64,000 nt of DNA, taken from assembly GCA_046497565.1 (NCBI GenBank), contig JAWOFK010000073.1:36810-100809 (forward strand), read 5' to 3'. The notes under the pieces are model-generated. The model was not told where the DNA came from and made no database searches. It saw only the letters and a list, made by a program, of their open reading frames with translations. This document shows positions 39,755-50,537 of this stretch, piece by piece; within the stretch, counting starts at the first letter, position 1, and every line of letters begins with the position of its first letter. The translations under genes were made by a program, and so were the position numbers. The DNA is from Dehalococcoidia bacterium (lineage in GTDB: Bacteria; Chloroflexota; Dehalococcoidia; GIF9; AB-539-J10).

Positions 39755-41224
39755 ATGGTTAAAAGAGAAAACATAAATCTGGATAGCGATGAGGCATTGG
39801 CTGAAAGCCTGCTCAGCGATAGAGCCGAAGCTGATGACGCCGGCGCGCCGGCCGAGGAAGTTGAAGAGAAAGAAGGAGTCGAAGAACTCTTTCCCGAGGA
39901 AGCCGAGGAGCGTAAGCCTCCGGCACCGTCAGCGGAATACGGGGTGAGCGACAGCTCAACTCGTATGTATCTTCAGGAACTCGGCAGGGTGCCGCTGCTT
40001 ACAGCTCACGAAGAGAAAGCACTATCCCGCAAGATAGAGCTGGGCAGGTACGTGGTAAGGTTTGAGGATAACCACTTCGAGAAACACAATAGGTCTCCTT
40101 CATCCGTGGACATGGTCCTGCATATAATTTCCCAATTATCCAGGGCGTATCCCGTTGTTCAGATTGTCGCAGAGCGTACCGGTATCGAGCCGCACGATGT
40201 GGCAGAGACGATCAAAAACCCTGCGTTTCGCTCCGCCATCGACGATGTTTTGGAACCGTCGCTACTGGCTGCAACCGCTAAAGGGATAGGCAAAGGGACC
40301 CCGGCGGCTGAAGAAGCGATAGTGAATCTTTCCGTAAACAGCCAACTCTTACCCCAGCGGGTGCTGGAGATACTGGCTAGAGAGAAGACTTCATGGCAAA
40401 AACTAAAGGCGCTGCGGACTAACGACAGGTTCCTGGCCGAACTCGATTCTCACAGCAGCGAGTTCAAAGCTTACTTTGCGAAGGTAAAGGCCGAAGCAGA
40501 GGCGGCAGAAACACACATCGTTGAAGCAAACCTGCGCCTGGTGGTCAGTATAGCCAAGAAGCATATCGGGCAAGGCATATCCCTGCTCGACCTTATCCAG
40601 GAGGGGAATAGTGGCCTCATCCGAGCAGTAGATAAGTTTCAGTACAGGAAAGGCTACAAGTTCAGTACCTACGCCACCTGGTGGATCAGACAGAGTATTG
40701 CCCGGTCCATAGCCGACCACTCCCGTGCTATCCGCATTCCGGTACACATGGTAGAAACCATCAACAAGTTGTTGCGTACAACGCGACAGTTGATTCAAGA
40801 ACTCGGACGTGAACCAAGTTACGAAGAAATTGGCAACCGCCTCAATATGCCCCCGGAAAAGGTAGAGGGGGTTATGGCCTTGTTGTCCCATGAGCCAATA
40901 TCGCTGGACACGCCCATTGGCGAAGATGCTGATAGCCGGTTAGGCGACTTTGTTCAAGACCACGCCAGCTTAGCACCAACTGAAGCTACTTCACAGCAGC
41001 TACTCAAAGAACAAATAGATAAAGTGCTCGATGAACTTACCGAGCGCGAAAAAAAAGTGCTGCAACTTAGATTCGGACTTAAAGACGGACATGCCCGCAC
41101 CCTTGATGACGTGGGCAGAGAGTTCAATGTAACTCGAGAAAGAATACGACAGATTGAAGGCAAGGCTCTGCGCAAGTTACGTCATCCCGCCCGCAGTCGA
41201 AGGCTCAAAGACTATCTAGACTGA
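39755..41224 (+). CDS. rpoD: RNA polymerase sigma-70 (primary sigma factor)
   Basis: Region 2.4/3/4 signatures ([34 protein letters not shown], …[28 protein letters not shown]). Start reassigned to the ATG at 39755 (MVKREN…), which has a G-rich RBS; the track ORF starts at 39593. Confidence 0.85.
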   Translation: MVKRENINLDSDEALAESLLSDRAEADDAGAPAEEVEEKEGVEELFPEEAEERKPPAPSAEYGVSDSSTRMYLQELGRVPLLTAHEEKALSRKIELGRYVVRFEDNHFEKHNRSPSSVDMVLHIISQLSRAYPVVQIVAERTGIEPHDVAETIKNPAFRSAIDDVLEPSLLAATAKGIGKGTPAAEEAIVNLSVNSQLLPQRVLEILAREKTSWQKLKALRTNDRFLAELDSHSSEFKAYFAKVKAEAEAAETHIVEANLRLVVSIAKKHIGQGISLLDLIQEGNSGLIRAVDKFQYRKGYKFSTYATWWIRQSIARSIADHSRAIRIPVHMVETINKLLRTTRQLIQELGREPSYEEIGNRLNMPPEKVEGVMALLSHEPISLDTPIGEDADSRLGDFVQDHASLAPTEATSQQLLKEQIDKVLDELTEREKKVLQLRFGLKDGHARTLDDVGREFNVTRERIRQIEGKALRKLRHPARSRRLKDYLD

Positions 41225-41477
41225 CTTGCACATATGGCGTGTCAGGCATAGGTGCTCATCTTTTTGGGCACTTGCCTTTTTGTCCATAACATAATAAGAG
41301 ACTACAAGCAGCAAGAATAACCGGCTCCCAAATACTGTATACGGTGCCCAACCACACCACTCTTGAAAGGTTATTGCTTGTCCAGGGATATCATTCTTGC
41401 TTTGCCTCTTCTCTTGTACACCAATTATAATGGCTATGATCTCCTTACTACCACAATCGATGATGAGGTGAGTTATT

Positions 41478-42446
41478 GTGAAGCTGCCCAGGCTAGACGT
41501 CAATTTCTATAAGGTTGTTACTGGCGTTGGGTTTTCATTGCTTTGGGCCAGGACAATGTACCTGATCTGGGCACAACCGTCCTACATAACCTTCGTCTGG
41601 TTCTATCTCTTGATAGGGAGCGTCATACTCAAGTGGGGAATCTTCAAGATAGTCGACCGGATCCACCTGAAGGTGAAGCTCAAGGCGGTGAAAGAAGAGC
41701 TCGACGAATCCAGGACGCGAGTTCAGGAAGCTACCAAGAGTGAACTCAAAGCAGATGGCCAACAGGTGGGCATCAACAACGTGGCCGATGCTGGCCTTGC
41801 CCAGAGGCTTGAACAGCTTGAACACGACGTATGGTCCTTCGGCAACATGGTGGAGACGGCCCTCAAGAGCTCTGTAGATAGCCTGCAGAGAAGAGATACC
41901 GACCTTGCTACTCGGATTATCAAGCATGACCAGGAGCTGGACCAGAAGGAATTTGCCATCCGGGAAGAATGTATGAGCCTTCTTGCCGCCGGTTACTCCC
42001 GGCGTAGCGACCTCCGGATGATAGTCGCTGTTCTGGGGATTATTACGGAACTGGAGCGCATGGGGGATTATGCTAAGGGCATAGCCAATATCACCTTGAT
42101 GATAGGTAATCAGCCACCATTGAAGCCGCTTACAGACATTCCCCGAATGGCACAAAAGGGGACAGAGATGCTTCGAGGGAGCCTGGAGTCCCTGTCGGAG
42201 AGAGACGTGGAAAATGCCAAACGCATCTGTCAGATGGATGATGAGATAGACGCCCTCTATGACCGGGTATTCCGCGAGCTTCTCATGTTCATGGTCGCGA
42301 ACCCGGATAACACTACCCGGGCTACCCGACTGATATGGGTAGCACACAATCTGGAGCGCTTTGCCGACAGGATAACCAATATCTGTGAGTATGTTGTCTT
42401 TAGTATTACCGGGGAAAAGGTCGATATAGGCGCATCACAGTATTGA
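41478..42446 (+). CDS. PhoU-domain protein with N-terminal membrane anchor
   Basis: Two PhoU repeats (…LERMGDYAKGIA…, …LERFADRITNICE…), preceded by about 90 aa containing two hydrophobic helices. Confidence 0.7.
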   Translation: MKLPRLDVNFYKVVTGVGFSLLWARTMYLIWAQPSYITFVWFYLLIGSVILKWGIFKIVDRIHLKVKLKAVKEELDESRTRVQEATKSELKADGQQVGINNVADAGLAQRLEQLEHDVWSFGNMVETALKSSVDSLQRRDTDLATRIIKHDQELDQKEFAIREECMSLLAAGYSRRSDLRMIVAVLGIITELERMGDYAKGIANITLMIGNQPPLKPLTDIPRMAQKGTEMLRGSLESLSERDVENAKRICQMDDEIDALYDRVFRELLMFMVANPDNTTRATRLIWVAHNLERFADRITNICEYVVFSITGEKVDIGASQY

Positions 42447-42634
42447 TATGGCCCAGCTGACCAATACAAAAAACGATGCCTCCAAGATAGTGTTCCCCTG
42501 GAGGTATCGTGGCATCTTATTTCTGGAAAACATGACCGCCGCTTAACAAAAGGCTTTATTGTTCATGAGCAGGTCCGGAAGAGTAGCGGCGAAGCAGGTG
42601 GCATAATGCTGACAAGGCCGCGCTATCCCTGTCG

Positions 42635-43699
42635 TTATAAGGAAGCAAAGCACTTCCAGTAAGGGGCGAGTGCCGACCTGACGGCTTCTACTATCTTTCT
42701 TGTTTCCAGAACTGCATAATCCTTTGTATGTCCCACGGGAATAGGGTACGGTTCTTCAAGGTCTGGCTCTATTCCCACCAGGCCGCAGATCGAGGCCAAC
42801 CATCCCCTGGCAAATAGAGTTCCCGCCGGGTCGTATCCGGACCCGGCAAATGCTACCACCTTGCCCCGACATACCATATCGGCAGTGCGCCCCACCTTGT
42901 CCCCAATCATATGAATTCCCTGCAAGGTTAACCCCATTCGGGTTAGTCGGTCGATGAAGTGGGTATCGCTCCCGTCCACCATTATTATCACCTGTGGCTG
43001 AAATTCTGCTGCCAGCGGCACGAATACATTATCCAAAACGTATTCATAAGCCAGGTCGCCGGTACCCGGTAACAGGGGAATATTCACCGAGCAGCCTTGC
43101 CCTTCACCTTCTCCCATGGGGTTCCCATAGCCCGGCCCGGGATAGAGGGTGCGCGGGTCCTGGTGAATAGACATGAACAGCACCCGGGAATCACGGGCAA
43201 AGATGCCATAGATGCCGTCCCCGGCATGAGCATCTGTGTCAAGTATCAATATGCGCTGCACACCATGGTTTTGCAGCAGGTTCTCGGCGCATATTCCGAC
43301 ATCGCTGAAGATACCAAATCCCTTTTCATAAGACTTGCCCGCGTGTTGCACACCTCCGCCGATGACTACTGCTTTACCGAAAGCCCCCGACTGGACCAGC
43401 TCACCCGCGAGCTTGCCGGCCCCGGCCAGCAATCTTGCCGCCCTGACCACGCCGGGAGAGAGCGGCGTGTCATGCGGATCCCGGGACTCGCACCTTTCCA
43501 CGCGCCGGATATATTCATCGGTGTGTACCAGCCTGAGGTCGGCTTCGGTGGCATATCCGGGCTCGATGATTTCAAAATCGGGATTGTTGCCGGCTTTCTC
43601 CCTGAACAGGCGCATGAAGGTTTCATACCTCTCACCTGTGAGCACGTGTCCCAGGTCGTACTCCTGCATTTTCTGGCTATAAAGTATTGCCGTCCGCAT
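42635..43699 (-). CDS. histone deacetylase-family (arginase/deacetylase superfamily) enzyme, AcuC/acetoin-utilisation-like
   Basis: …ILILDTDAHAGDGIYGIF… metal-binding motif and HDAC fold conservation. Start moved to MRTAILYSQ; the track ORF extends to 43777. Confidence 0.8.
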   Translation of the reverse strand: MRTAILYSQKMQEYDLGHVLTGERYETFMRLFREKAGNNPDFEIIEPGYATEADLRLVHTDEYIRRVERCESRDPHDTPLSPGVVRAARLLAGAGKLAGELVQSGAFGKAVVIGGGVQHAGKSYEKGFGIFSDVGICAENLLQNHGVQRILILDTDAHAGDGIYGIFARDSRVLFMSIHQDPRTLYPGPGYGNPMGEGEGQGCSVNIPLLPGTGDLAYEYVLDNVFVPLAAEFQPQVIIMVDGSDTHFIDRLTRMGLTLQGIHMIGDKVGRTADMVCRGKVVAFAGSGYDPAGTLFARGWLASICGLVGIEPDLEEPYPIPVGHTKDYAVLETRKIVEAVRSALAPYWKCFASL

Positions 43700-43927
43700 C
43701 ACATAATCGCCGGGAGGTGATGCCGGCTCTCCACTCCAGAGTATCCGAAGGTTACGTCGATGGTCACAGCTTAGCACGCGTGGTTGCCTTGTGTCACTCA
43801 GAATGTTATAATGTCACCCAGGCCGGTAATCATCGGTTCTCTCTTTTTTCACAAGAATCTCCCAATAAAAAATTCAGTTCATAGGGCAGGCTAACTCTGT
43901 CCGGAAAAGCAACATGGAGGTGAACAG

Positions 43928-44041
43928 ATGGGCAAGAAAGACGAGAAGAAAAGACAGAAGGAGGCTTACCAGAGGACATTCAAGACTGGTGGCAAGTCAA
44001 CGAAAACCAAGCCCAAATCACCGGGCCGCAAGGTCAAGTGA
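43928..44041 (+). CDS. small lysine-rich protein (37 aa), putative
   Basis: ATG preceded by GGAGGTG RBS; MGKKDEKKRQKEAYQRTFKTGGKSTKTKPKSPGRKVK; a paralog lies downstream of the next gene. Confidence 0.3.
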   Translation: MGKKDEKKRQKEAYQRTFKTGGKSTKTKPKSPGRKVK

Positions 44042-44159
44042 GGGTCCCGACCAGACACAAAGCACATGAGTCCGATAAGCGGAAACGACGATCGCGGGTG
44101 CTGGTCCCGGTACCTGCCAGGAAGTGGGCAGAAGCAGACGAACGATAAGCTAACGGGAG

Positions 44160-44723
44160 GTGACTATGATAGAGATGACCATTCAAACAATGGCGATTAG
44201 CCCGGAGAACTACCGGGGACTGGTAATCCTGAAGGAGGAAACAGGCGAGTGCTATCTGCCGATCTGGGTCGGTTCCGCCGAAGCCGGTGCTATAGCCGCA
44301 AAGCTTCAGGGCGCGGATATGCCCCGTCCTTTAAGCCATGACCTGTTATGTTCAGTCATTGGTAACCTGAAGGCCAGTGTCGATTCCGTTGTCATCAATG
44401 AACTCAGAGATGATACTTTCTACGCTAGAATTCTACTGAATACATCGGAAGGACAGACGGATGTGGATTCTCGGCCCAGCGATGCCTTAGCCGTGGCAGT
44501 AAGAGCCGGGGTACCCATCTTGGTTGAGGAAACGGTCCTGGACGAAGGCGGGGTCTTAATCGACAGCGAGACCGGACAGGTTGTCCCCCACCAGACGTCC
44601 GAAGAGAAGAGCGTAACCGAAGACGAGCTAGAGAGGCTATCTGCCTTTAGCGACTTCATCAACACACTTGACACAAATAAGCTAGGCGAGGAGAAAAAGG
44701 GAGATGAGGACAGCGACCAGTAG
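44160..44723 (+). CDS. bifunctional nuclease family protein (BFN / DUF151 domain)
   Basis: 187 aa; conserved …RPSDALAVAVRAGVPILV… core of DUF151 nucleases; acidic C-terminal tail. Confidence 0.7.
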   Translation: MTMIEMTIQTMAISPENYRGLVILKEETGECYLPIWVGSAEAGAIAAKLQGADMPRPLSHDLLCSVIGNLKASVDSVVINELRDDTFYARILLNTSEGQTDVDSRPSDALAVAVRAGVPILVEETVLDEGGVLIDSETGQVVPHQTSEEKSVTEDELERLSAFSDFINTLDTNKLGEEKKGDEDSDQ

Positions 44724-44746
44724 ACAGCAACCGGGGAGTAGATTTG

Positions 44747-44842
44747 ATGGGGAAAAAAGCTGGCAAAGAGACGGATAAAAAGAAGTATAAAAAGAGTGCC
44801 GACTATCTTAAGCAAGGCCCCAAGAGAAAGAAAGGGCGTTGA
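44747..44842 (+). CDS. small lysine-rich protein (31 aa), putative paralog of 43928..44041
   Basis: ATG preceded by GGGGAG; MGKKAGKETDKKKYKKSADYLKQGPKRKKGR. Confidence 0.3.
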   Translation: MGKKAGKETDKKKYKKSADYLKQGPKRKKGR

Positions 44843-44981
44843 GGTTGGTCGATTTATAGAAGAAATGCCGATAGCTATACTATAATAGCGAACACGCGGC
44901 TTGCAGTAAGCCGGCTCAGATTGGTGAATGTGCAACGTCGGCGAATCAAGTCCGTTATTGGAGCGAAGAGGTGTATGATAA

Positions 44982-45299
44982 ATGAGTGCCATTGACGATT
45001 TTGCCAGGCTGATCGAAGCTACCGATGTTGCAAAGCACATCCTGAGCAGTTTGAAAGAGGAACCTGCACGCCGCCTTGGCAGGATATGTCGGGAATATGA
45101 CAGGACTGGCGAACCAGTGCCGGACCACAACGTAGAATTGTACGGATTCATGGGGGAAGCTGCTGTTGCCGCACTCGTGTCTGCCGGACTGATCAGAAGA
45201 CAGCCTGGCGGACGGACGTCGCTATATTGCTATGAGCCCACTGCTGAAGGGATGAATCAATATGAGAAACTGAAAGCAGACGCCTTCTTGCCGAAATAG
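44982..45299 (+). CDS. hypothetical protein (possible winged-helix DNA-binding protein)
   Basis: 105-aa ORF; helix-turn-helix-like segment …AAVAALVSAGLIRRQPGGRTSLYCYEPT…. Confidence 0.35.
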   Translation: MSAIDDFARLIEATDVAKHILSSLKEEPARRLGRICREYDRTGEPVPDHNVELYGFMGEAAVAALVSAGLIRRQPGGRTSLYCYEPTAEGMNQYEKLKADAFLPK

Positions 45300-45315
45300 G
45301 GCTGGTGCTTTCGTC

Positions 45316-45747
45316 ATGCAACCCTATCTCTTATTTAATGCTGGCAGTAAACATGCTATAGATGAAGATTGGGTGCCTACGGATTGTCGGCCATTAGCTC
45401 CCATAAAACCGGGTGAAGCAGTAATCACCGGCGGGCATAATCTTCCAAACCGTTATGTGATTCACTGCCTGGGGCCAGTCTATGGTATGGGTAAGCCGGA
45501 AGATGAGCTTTTGGCAAGATGCTACCGGAACGCGTTGCAGCTTGCAGACGACTACAACATAGATTCGGTTACCTTTCCGGCTATTTCCACCGGTGCATTT
45601 GGCTACCCTGCGGAAGAAGCAGCCGGTGTCGCATTCAGCGCCGTTTTGGAGATGATACCGAAGCTAAAACACGTGGAAAAAATCCGGTTCGTACTTCATA
45701 GTGCCAGAGACCTTGAAATTCACGAAAGAGTACTGTCTACGTTATAG
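45316..45747 (+). CDS. macro domain protein, N-terminally truncated/degenerate
   Basis: …GEAVITGGHNLPNRYVIHCLGPVYG…DSVTFPAISTGAFGYPAEEAA matches the macro-domain core. The N-terminal GDIT/GGGVDGAIH ADP-ribose-binding segment is largely missing. Confidence 0.55.
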   Translation: MQPYLLFNAGSKHAIDEDWVPTDCRPLAPIKPGEAVITGGHNLPNRYVIHCLGPVYGMGKPEDELLARCYRNALQLADDYNIDSVTFPAISTGAFGYPAEEAAGVAFSAVLEMIPKLKHVEKIRFVLHSARDLEIHERVLSTL

Positions 45748-45942
45748 GGTCCCACTGCACACTTCTCAGAAATGTAAAATCCGAAATGCCCAGCTAAACT
45801 TAGACTACTGCAGAAAAGACGGAGTATATAGGGAGGCCTGTCTTCGTGTCTGCATCTAATCTTGTCCCCTGAGCTTCCAATGACTTATAATTTAGAAGAG
45901 CGGGAATAAAACCTGATAAGGGGAATGTAAGAATGGAGTAAT

Positions 45943-47931
45943 ATGAGAAATGGCGAATTCAGTTGGGAACCTGAAGTCGTGGCTGGCATGACCACGCAGG
46001 CGATTACCGACAAGCTCAAGGAGCTTGTTCCTGCTTTTGACCTTGACTCTTTCGTTGCAAAAACAGGGGAATACATTTCTTGTGAAGACCTTACCGAAGA
46101 AGAATACTATCCTCACGCTACCTTTTCCGACGAAGACGAAGACTTCATCTGGATGGCTTGTGAGGAGCTGTGGAAGCGGCTTGTGCCGGATAAGCTGGCG
46201 GTGGAGCTTGTAGTCGATCAGGTCGACAACCTGGTTATAGAAATCATAAAGGCTGGACGGCAACAAAGATGGCAAGAAGCCTTCCGCCGGAGCCGGGAAG
46301 CTGTCGACCTGATTTGCCAGCATACAATTGAAGAAACCCCTTCTGGACGTAGGATAAGACGTGACTTCTACGATAAGCTCCGCGAGACAACGTTTTACGA
46401 TTTTGATAGGCTTTTTGATGACTTGATTAAGAGCCTGGTGGGGCATGAGGAATACGAGAGAGTAATTGCTATTGCCGATGTCTTCGGTGACGCTACAGGG
46501 GATGATAGTTTACTTGACTACAAGGCGGAAAGCCTGTTTGCACTTGGTAAGACAGGCGAGGCAGAGCAGCTATATAGAGATATAATAAGCCGCAACCCCG
46601 ACAACCCGTGGTGCCTCTTGCACATAGGAGACTGCTATGCCACCTATGGCAGGAAGGACTTCTCAAAAGCAAAAGATTACTACCTTAAGGCGCTAAGTAT
46701 CGCCAAGAAACACGGAAAAGACCCTGACGCCAAGGTTGAGATGTCTGCTGTGTATCAGCGGCTAATTGACCTGGCCTATGATACAGGGAACCGTGCCGAG
46801 GCTGAACGTTATGTGCGTCTCCTGGAGTCATTAGAGACAAAGAAGGTGGGACGCAACGCCCCCTGTCCCTGTGGGAGTGGCAAGAAGTACAAGAACTGCT
46901 GCGGACAGGATGTGACCGGGACACCATCAGTCTCCTTTGACCGGCGCACAATGGAGAAAAACCTTCGGGCACTTAAGCAAACTATTGAAGGCAAGGACTT
47001 TGGCTCTGTTGATGAGATCAACAGGTACTGGGAACAGTTCAATAGAACGGGCGAGGTTCCTCAATGGGTGCCCGAGACACCCGTCGAGCAAGCTCAGAGC
47101 TTGATATATAAGGCTCTAGAGACAACGGGAAACAAAAGGCTGAAGCTTATCGAGCAGGCACTCAAGGTATCGCCGGACTGTGCCGATGCCTATGTTCTAC
47201 TGGCAGAGGAAAAGGCAAAGAGCGCTGAAGAAGCCCTCAGCCTGTATGAGGCCGGGGTCAGGGCCGGGGAGCGTGCTCTGGGGAAGAAAGTTTTTGAGAA
47301 AGAGGGCGGTCACTTCTGGGGTATGGTGGAGACAAGGCCATATATGCGGGCGAGGTTGGGACTGGCTCAGTGCCTGTGGACATTGGGAAAGCAGGAGGAG
47401 GCAATCGGTCATTTCTACGAGCTTCTCAGGCTAAACCCGAGCGATAATCAGGGAGTCCGCTATATCCTGGCGGCGAGCCTTGTGGAGGTGGGAGATATTG
47501 ATGCCGTGCAGCAGCTTCTCGGTCAGTATGATGAACCGAGTGCAGAATGGCTGTACACTAAAACCTTGGTGGCCTTTGTTAAACAGGGGGACAGCACTGA
47601 GGCACGCCGGCTATTTATGGAGGCGCGTAAACACAATCATCAAGTGGTATCATACCTTTTGGGTGAGAAAAAGCTGCCCAAGCAACTGCCCGAGAGGGTA
47701 GGATTCGGGGACAAAAGCGAAGCTGTCACATATGCTGCTGAGTTTGGGCCCGGATGGCATCAGACTGAAGGCGCAATTGACTGGCTGGCATCAGTGTCTG
47801 GCAAAGCTAGAGGGACGTGGCAGCCAGCTGAAAAGCCCGTTGGTATTCCCGAGGTGTTTCTGCAAGCATTCGAATCGGAAGATGGAAAAGGACGCCCCAA
47901 AAAGCGGGACGGAAAACAGCAAGAGGAATAG
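45943..47931 (+). CDS. SEC-C metal-binding motif protein with TPR-like repeats
   Basis: [16 protein letters not shown] SecA-C-terminal-type zinc motif embedded in a 662-aa helical-repeat protein. Confidence 0.7.
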   Translation: MRNGEFSWEPEVVAGMTTQAITDKLKELVPAFDLDSFVAKTGEYISCEDLTEEEYYPHATFSDEDEDFIWMACEELWKRLVPDKLAVELVVDQVDNLVIEIIKAGRQQRWQEAFRRSREAVDLICQHTIEETPSGRRIRRDFYDKLRETTFYDFDRLFDDLIKSLVGHEEYERVIAIADVFGDATGDDSLLDYKAESLFALGKTGEAEQLYRDIISRNPDNPWCLLHIGDCYATYGRKDFSKAKDYYLKALSIAKKHGKDPDAKVEMSAVYQRLIDLAYDTGNRAEAERYVRLLESLETKKVGRNAPCPCGSGKKYKNCCGQDVTGTPSVSFDRRTMEKNLRALKQTIEGKDFGSVDEINRYWEQFNRTGEVPQWVPETPVEQAQSLIYKALETTGNKRLKLIEQALKVSPDCADAYVLLAEEKAKSAEEALSLYEAGVRAGERALGKKVFEKEGGHFWGMVETRPYMRARLGLAQCLWTLGKQEEAIGHFYELLRLNPSDNQGVRYILAASLVEVGDIDAVQQLLGQYDEPSAEWLYTKTLVAFVKQGDSTEARRLFMEARKHNHQVVSYLLGEKKLPKQLPERVGFGDKSEAVTYAAEFGPGWHQTEGAIDWLASVSGKARGTWQPAEKPVGIPEVFLQAFESEDGKGRPKKRDGKQQEE

Positions 47932-48037
47932 CCAATCGCTGCACACTAACTCAAATTGTTCAGTCTCGACGGGACAAGCCGTGCTTCTTTTTTTGACAAC
48001 CGGCTGGTGTGTAATATAACATCGTTCTTGCGAGACT

Positions 48038-49537
48038 ATGTCCATGTCACAGTGGAATGAACAAGGCAATAACCCGAAGATTGATAGACTTATCGTTGTT
48101 TCAAACCGCCTACCTATCGTCCTGACAAAGGAGTCAGAGGGAAAGTGGCACGTTCAGCTTGGCTCGGGCGGATTGGTTACCGCCCTGACTCCCATCCTGC
48201 GTGACAGGGGAGGCCTGTGGATTGGCTGGCCCGGAACGTTGGAGGAGGTTGACCCTGATGAGCTGGAAGCCATGGCAGGCAAGAGCACAGGCTACGCTCT
48301 CAAGCCAGTCAGGCTAACCGCGGAAGAGATTAATGGATACTACTTCGGATTCTCGAATGAAATTCTGTGGCCGCTCTTTCATAGTCTTCAATCGCGCTGC
48401 AACTTCGATCCAGCCTATTGGGTCGCCTACCAGACAGTCAATCGCAAATTCGCCCAGGTAATCGCAGAGAGCGCCAGGGCAACTGACTACATATGGGTCC
48501 ATGATTACCATCTCATGCTCGTGGCCAAAGAACTGCGTGCCATGGGTGTGAAATGCAAAGTAGGTTTCTTTCTTCACACCCCTTTTCCCCCGCGTGACAT
48601 CTTTACCATATTACCATGGCGGTCGCAGATCCTAGAAGCGCTATCGGAGTATGACCTCGTTGGATTTCAAACCATGCGTGACAGGAACAATTTCATCCAT
48701 TACGTTGAAGGCTTGATCAAGGGTTTACATGTTGATGCCAGGAGACAGGTGTGCACGATCGCTACGCCACAGCGACAAACCAGGGGCGGCGCTTTTCCAA
48801 TTGGCATAGACTTCAAGGAATTTGCCCGGCAAGCGGCTAACAAGGGCGTATCAGAAAGAGCTAAGCAATTGCACGATACCATAACCGATGGCCAGGTCAT
48901 TCTGGGCGTAGATCGTCTGGACTATTCCAAGGGAATTCCACAGAGGTTACGAGCGTTCAGAAACGCCTTGGAGCGCTTCGACGAACTGCGCGGCAAAGTA
49001 GCTCTGGTTCAAATTGTGGTGCCGAGCCGCGAGGATGTCCCTGAATATCAGATGCTTAAAGCCGAAATCGAGGGATTGGTGGGTGAGATTAGCGGCAAAT
49101 TCAGCCAGGCAGACTGGACTCCGATTCGTTATATGTTCCGGAGTTTGGAACGCGATGAGCTTCTTGCATATTACCGCGCTGCCGATATAGCGCTGGTCAC
49201 GCCTTTGAGAGACGGGATGAACTTGGTAGCCAAGGAGTACTGTGCCGCGAATGCAGACAATAACGGAGTGCTAATACTGAGCGAATTCGCGGGTGCAGCA
49301 ACTCAGTTACGTACAGGTGCGCTGGTGGTCAACCCGCACGATATTGAAGGCGTAGCCAACGCCATCTACCAGGCATACAGCATGAGCCCGAGTGAACGGC
49401 AATCGAGAATGCGGAGACTCAGACAATCCGTTGCGAAACGTGATATTTTCTGGTGGGTGAACTTCTTCCTCTGGGCGGCCACCACTCACAGCTTAGATGA
49501 TTCGTGGCCACCGAGGCAGTCGCGGCCTTCCCGGTAA
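48038..49537 (+). CDS. otsA: alpha,alpha-trehalose-phosphate synthase (GT20)
   Basis: …VVSNRLP…GGLV…LWIGWPG…[10 protein letters not shown]…; GT-B glycosyltransferase fold, 499 aa. Confidence 0.85.
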   Translation: MSMSQWNEQGNNPKIDRLIVVSNRLPIVLTKESEGKWHVQLGSGGLVTALTPILRDRGGLWIGWPGTLEEVDPDELEAMAGKSTGYALKPVRLTAEEINGYYFGFSNEILWPLFHSLQSRCNFDPAYWVAYQTVNRKFAQVIAESARATDYIWVHDYHLMLVAKELRAMGVKCKVGFFLHTPFPPRDIFTILPWRSQILEALSEYDLVGFQTMRDRNNFIHYVEGLIKGLHVDARRQVCTIATPQRQTRGGAFPIGIDFKEFARQAANKGVSERAKQLHDTITDGQVILGVDRLDYSKGIPQRLRAFRNALERFDELRGKVALVQIVVPSREDVPEYQMLKAEIEGLVGEISGKFSQADWTPIRYMFRSLERDELLAYYRAADIALVTPLRDGMNLVAKEYCAANADNNGVLILSEFAGAATQLRTGALVVNPHDIEGVANAIYQAYSMSPSERQSRMRRLRQSVAKRDIFWWVNFFLWAATTHSLDDSWPPRQSRPSR

Positions 49538-49630
49538 GCGGCAACCAGCCGCATATAGAATCATACCAGGACTTCAGTTATCCGCGAGAAACTCACTGGA
49601 TATGCGGCCGGGACAACAATTAGCGAAATG

Positions 49631-50107
49631 TTACACTTCCAAGCCTAGAACTACCGAGGCCTCAACCTGACGCTGAGGAATATCCCAATACTTTGCCAAA
49701 AGCTCGTCCTTGTCGGGCATGAGCTCAAACCCGTGCTCCTGGTAGAATTCAATTGCCCAGCTAGCGTCTGCCCAGGTACCTACAAGCAAACGCTTGGTCT
49801 TTGTCATTTGCTTGACATGATTAAGGAGTATCGTGCCGATACCCCTCCTCTGGTACGCAGACAACACATAAGCATGCCTGATAAGGGTAACATCTTTGAC
49901 CGGCTGGAAACCTATAACCCCAACCAATTCGCCTTCTTCTTGCCAACCAAAGAAAGTCATGCTTGTCATCTCACGCCGCAGTTCTTCCCTCGGCATGTAC
50001 GGCTCATGATAACAGTTGCCGGGAATAACGCCTTTGTAAGCACGAGCCGCCTCGTTTATAACCTGCCAGATGGCATTTGTATCTTTGGACGATAGCCTTA
50101 TAATCAT
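49631..50107 (-). CDS. GNAT family N-acetyltransferase
   Basis: Acetyl-CoA binding motif A (QRRGIGTILL) in a 158-aa protein. Confidence 0.8.
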   Translation of the reverse strand: MIIRLSSKDTNAIWQVINEAARAYKGVIPGNCYHEPYMPREELRREMTSMTFFGWQEEGELVGVIGFQPVKDVTLIRHAYVLSAYQRRGIGTILLNHVKQMTKTKRLLVGTWADASWAIEFYQEHGFELMPDKDELLAKYWDIPQRQVEASVVLGLEV

Positions 50108-50537
50108 CGTCAGGGCGTTTGGAGATGCTGTGAGGATGATACCATCGCAAAGGCGGGAGACTCAATTAACCCGGCGCTCGATGTTGTCACCGGGGGCAAG
50201 TTTCAGCATGCGTATCAGGTAACAGAAGCCTGGATTGTTGCACGATAACTTGTGTTGTTACTCCGCTGGACAGAACGCCGAATTGTTCGCCTAACCTCGC
50301 CGGACCCCGTGGGCGGACAGGCCATTGCCGGGCCATTTCAGCAATGCCTTGAATCTCAGGCCTCCGCCGGCGTCTTCAGAGACAAACGACCACAGGCGGC
50401 ACCGGACCCGGTAGAAAATGCCAGACCAGATGAACCCGGCGGCAAGGGACGGTGCAGCTCCGGTCAAGCCCCTGAATTCGACATAAACCACCGCTTTGAC
50501 ATATAATCTTCATACCGTCACCAACGGTGGACCTGAT

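Noticed and set aside
41478-41780. Possibility that the N-terminal 100 aa of the PhoU-domain protein is a separate small membrane protein
   Set aside because: The frame is continuous with no internal stop or convincing internal RBS before the PhoU repeats. The feature is kept as a single membrane-anchored PhoU-domain protein, with start uncertainty noted.
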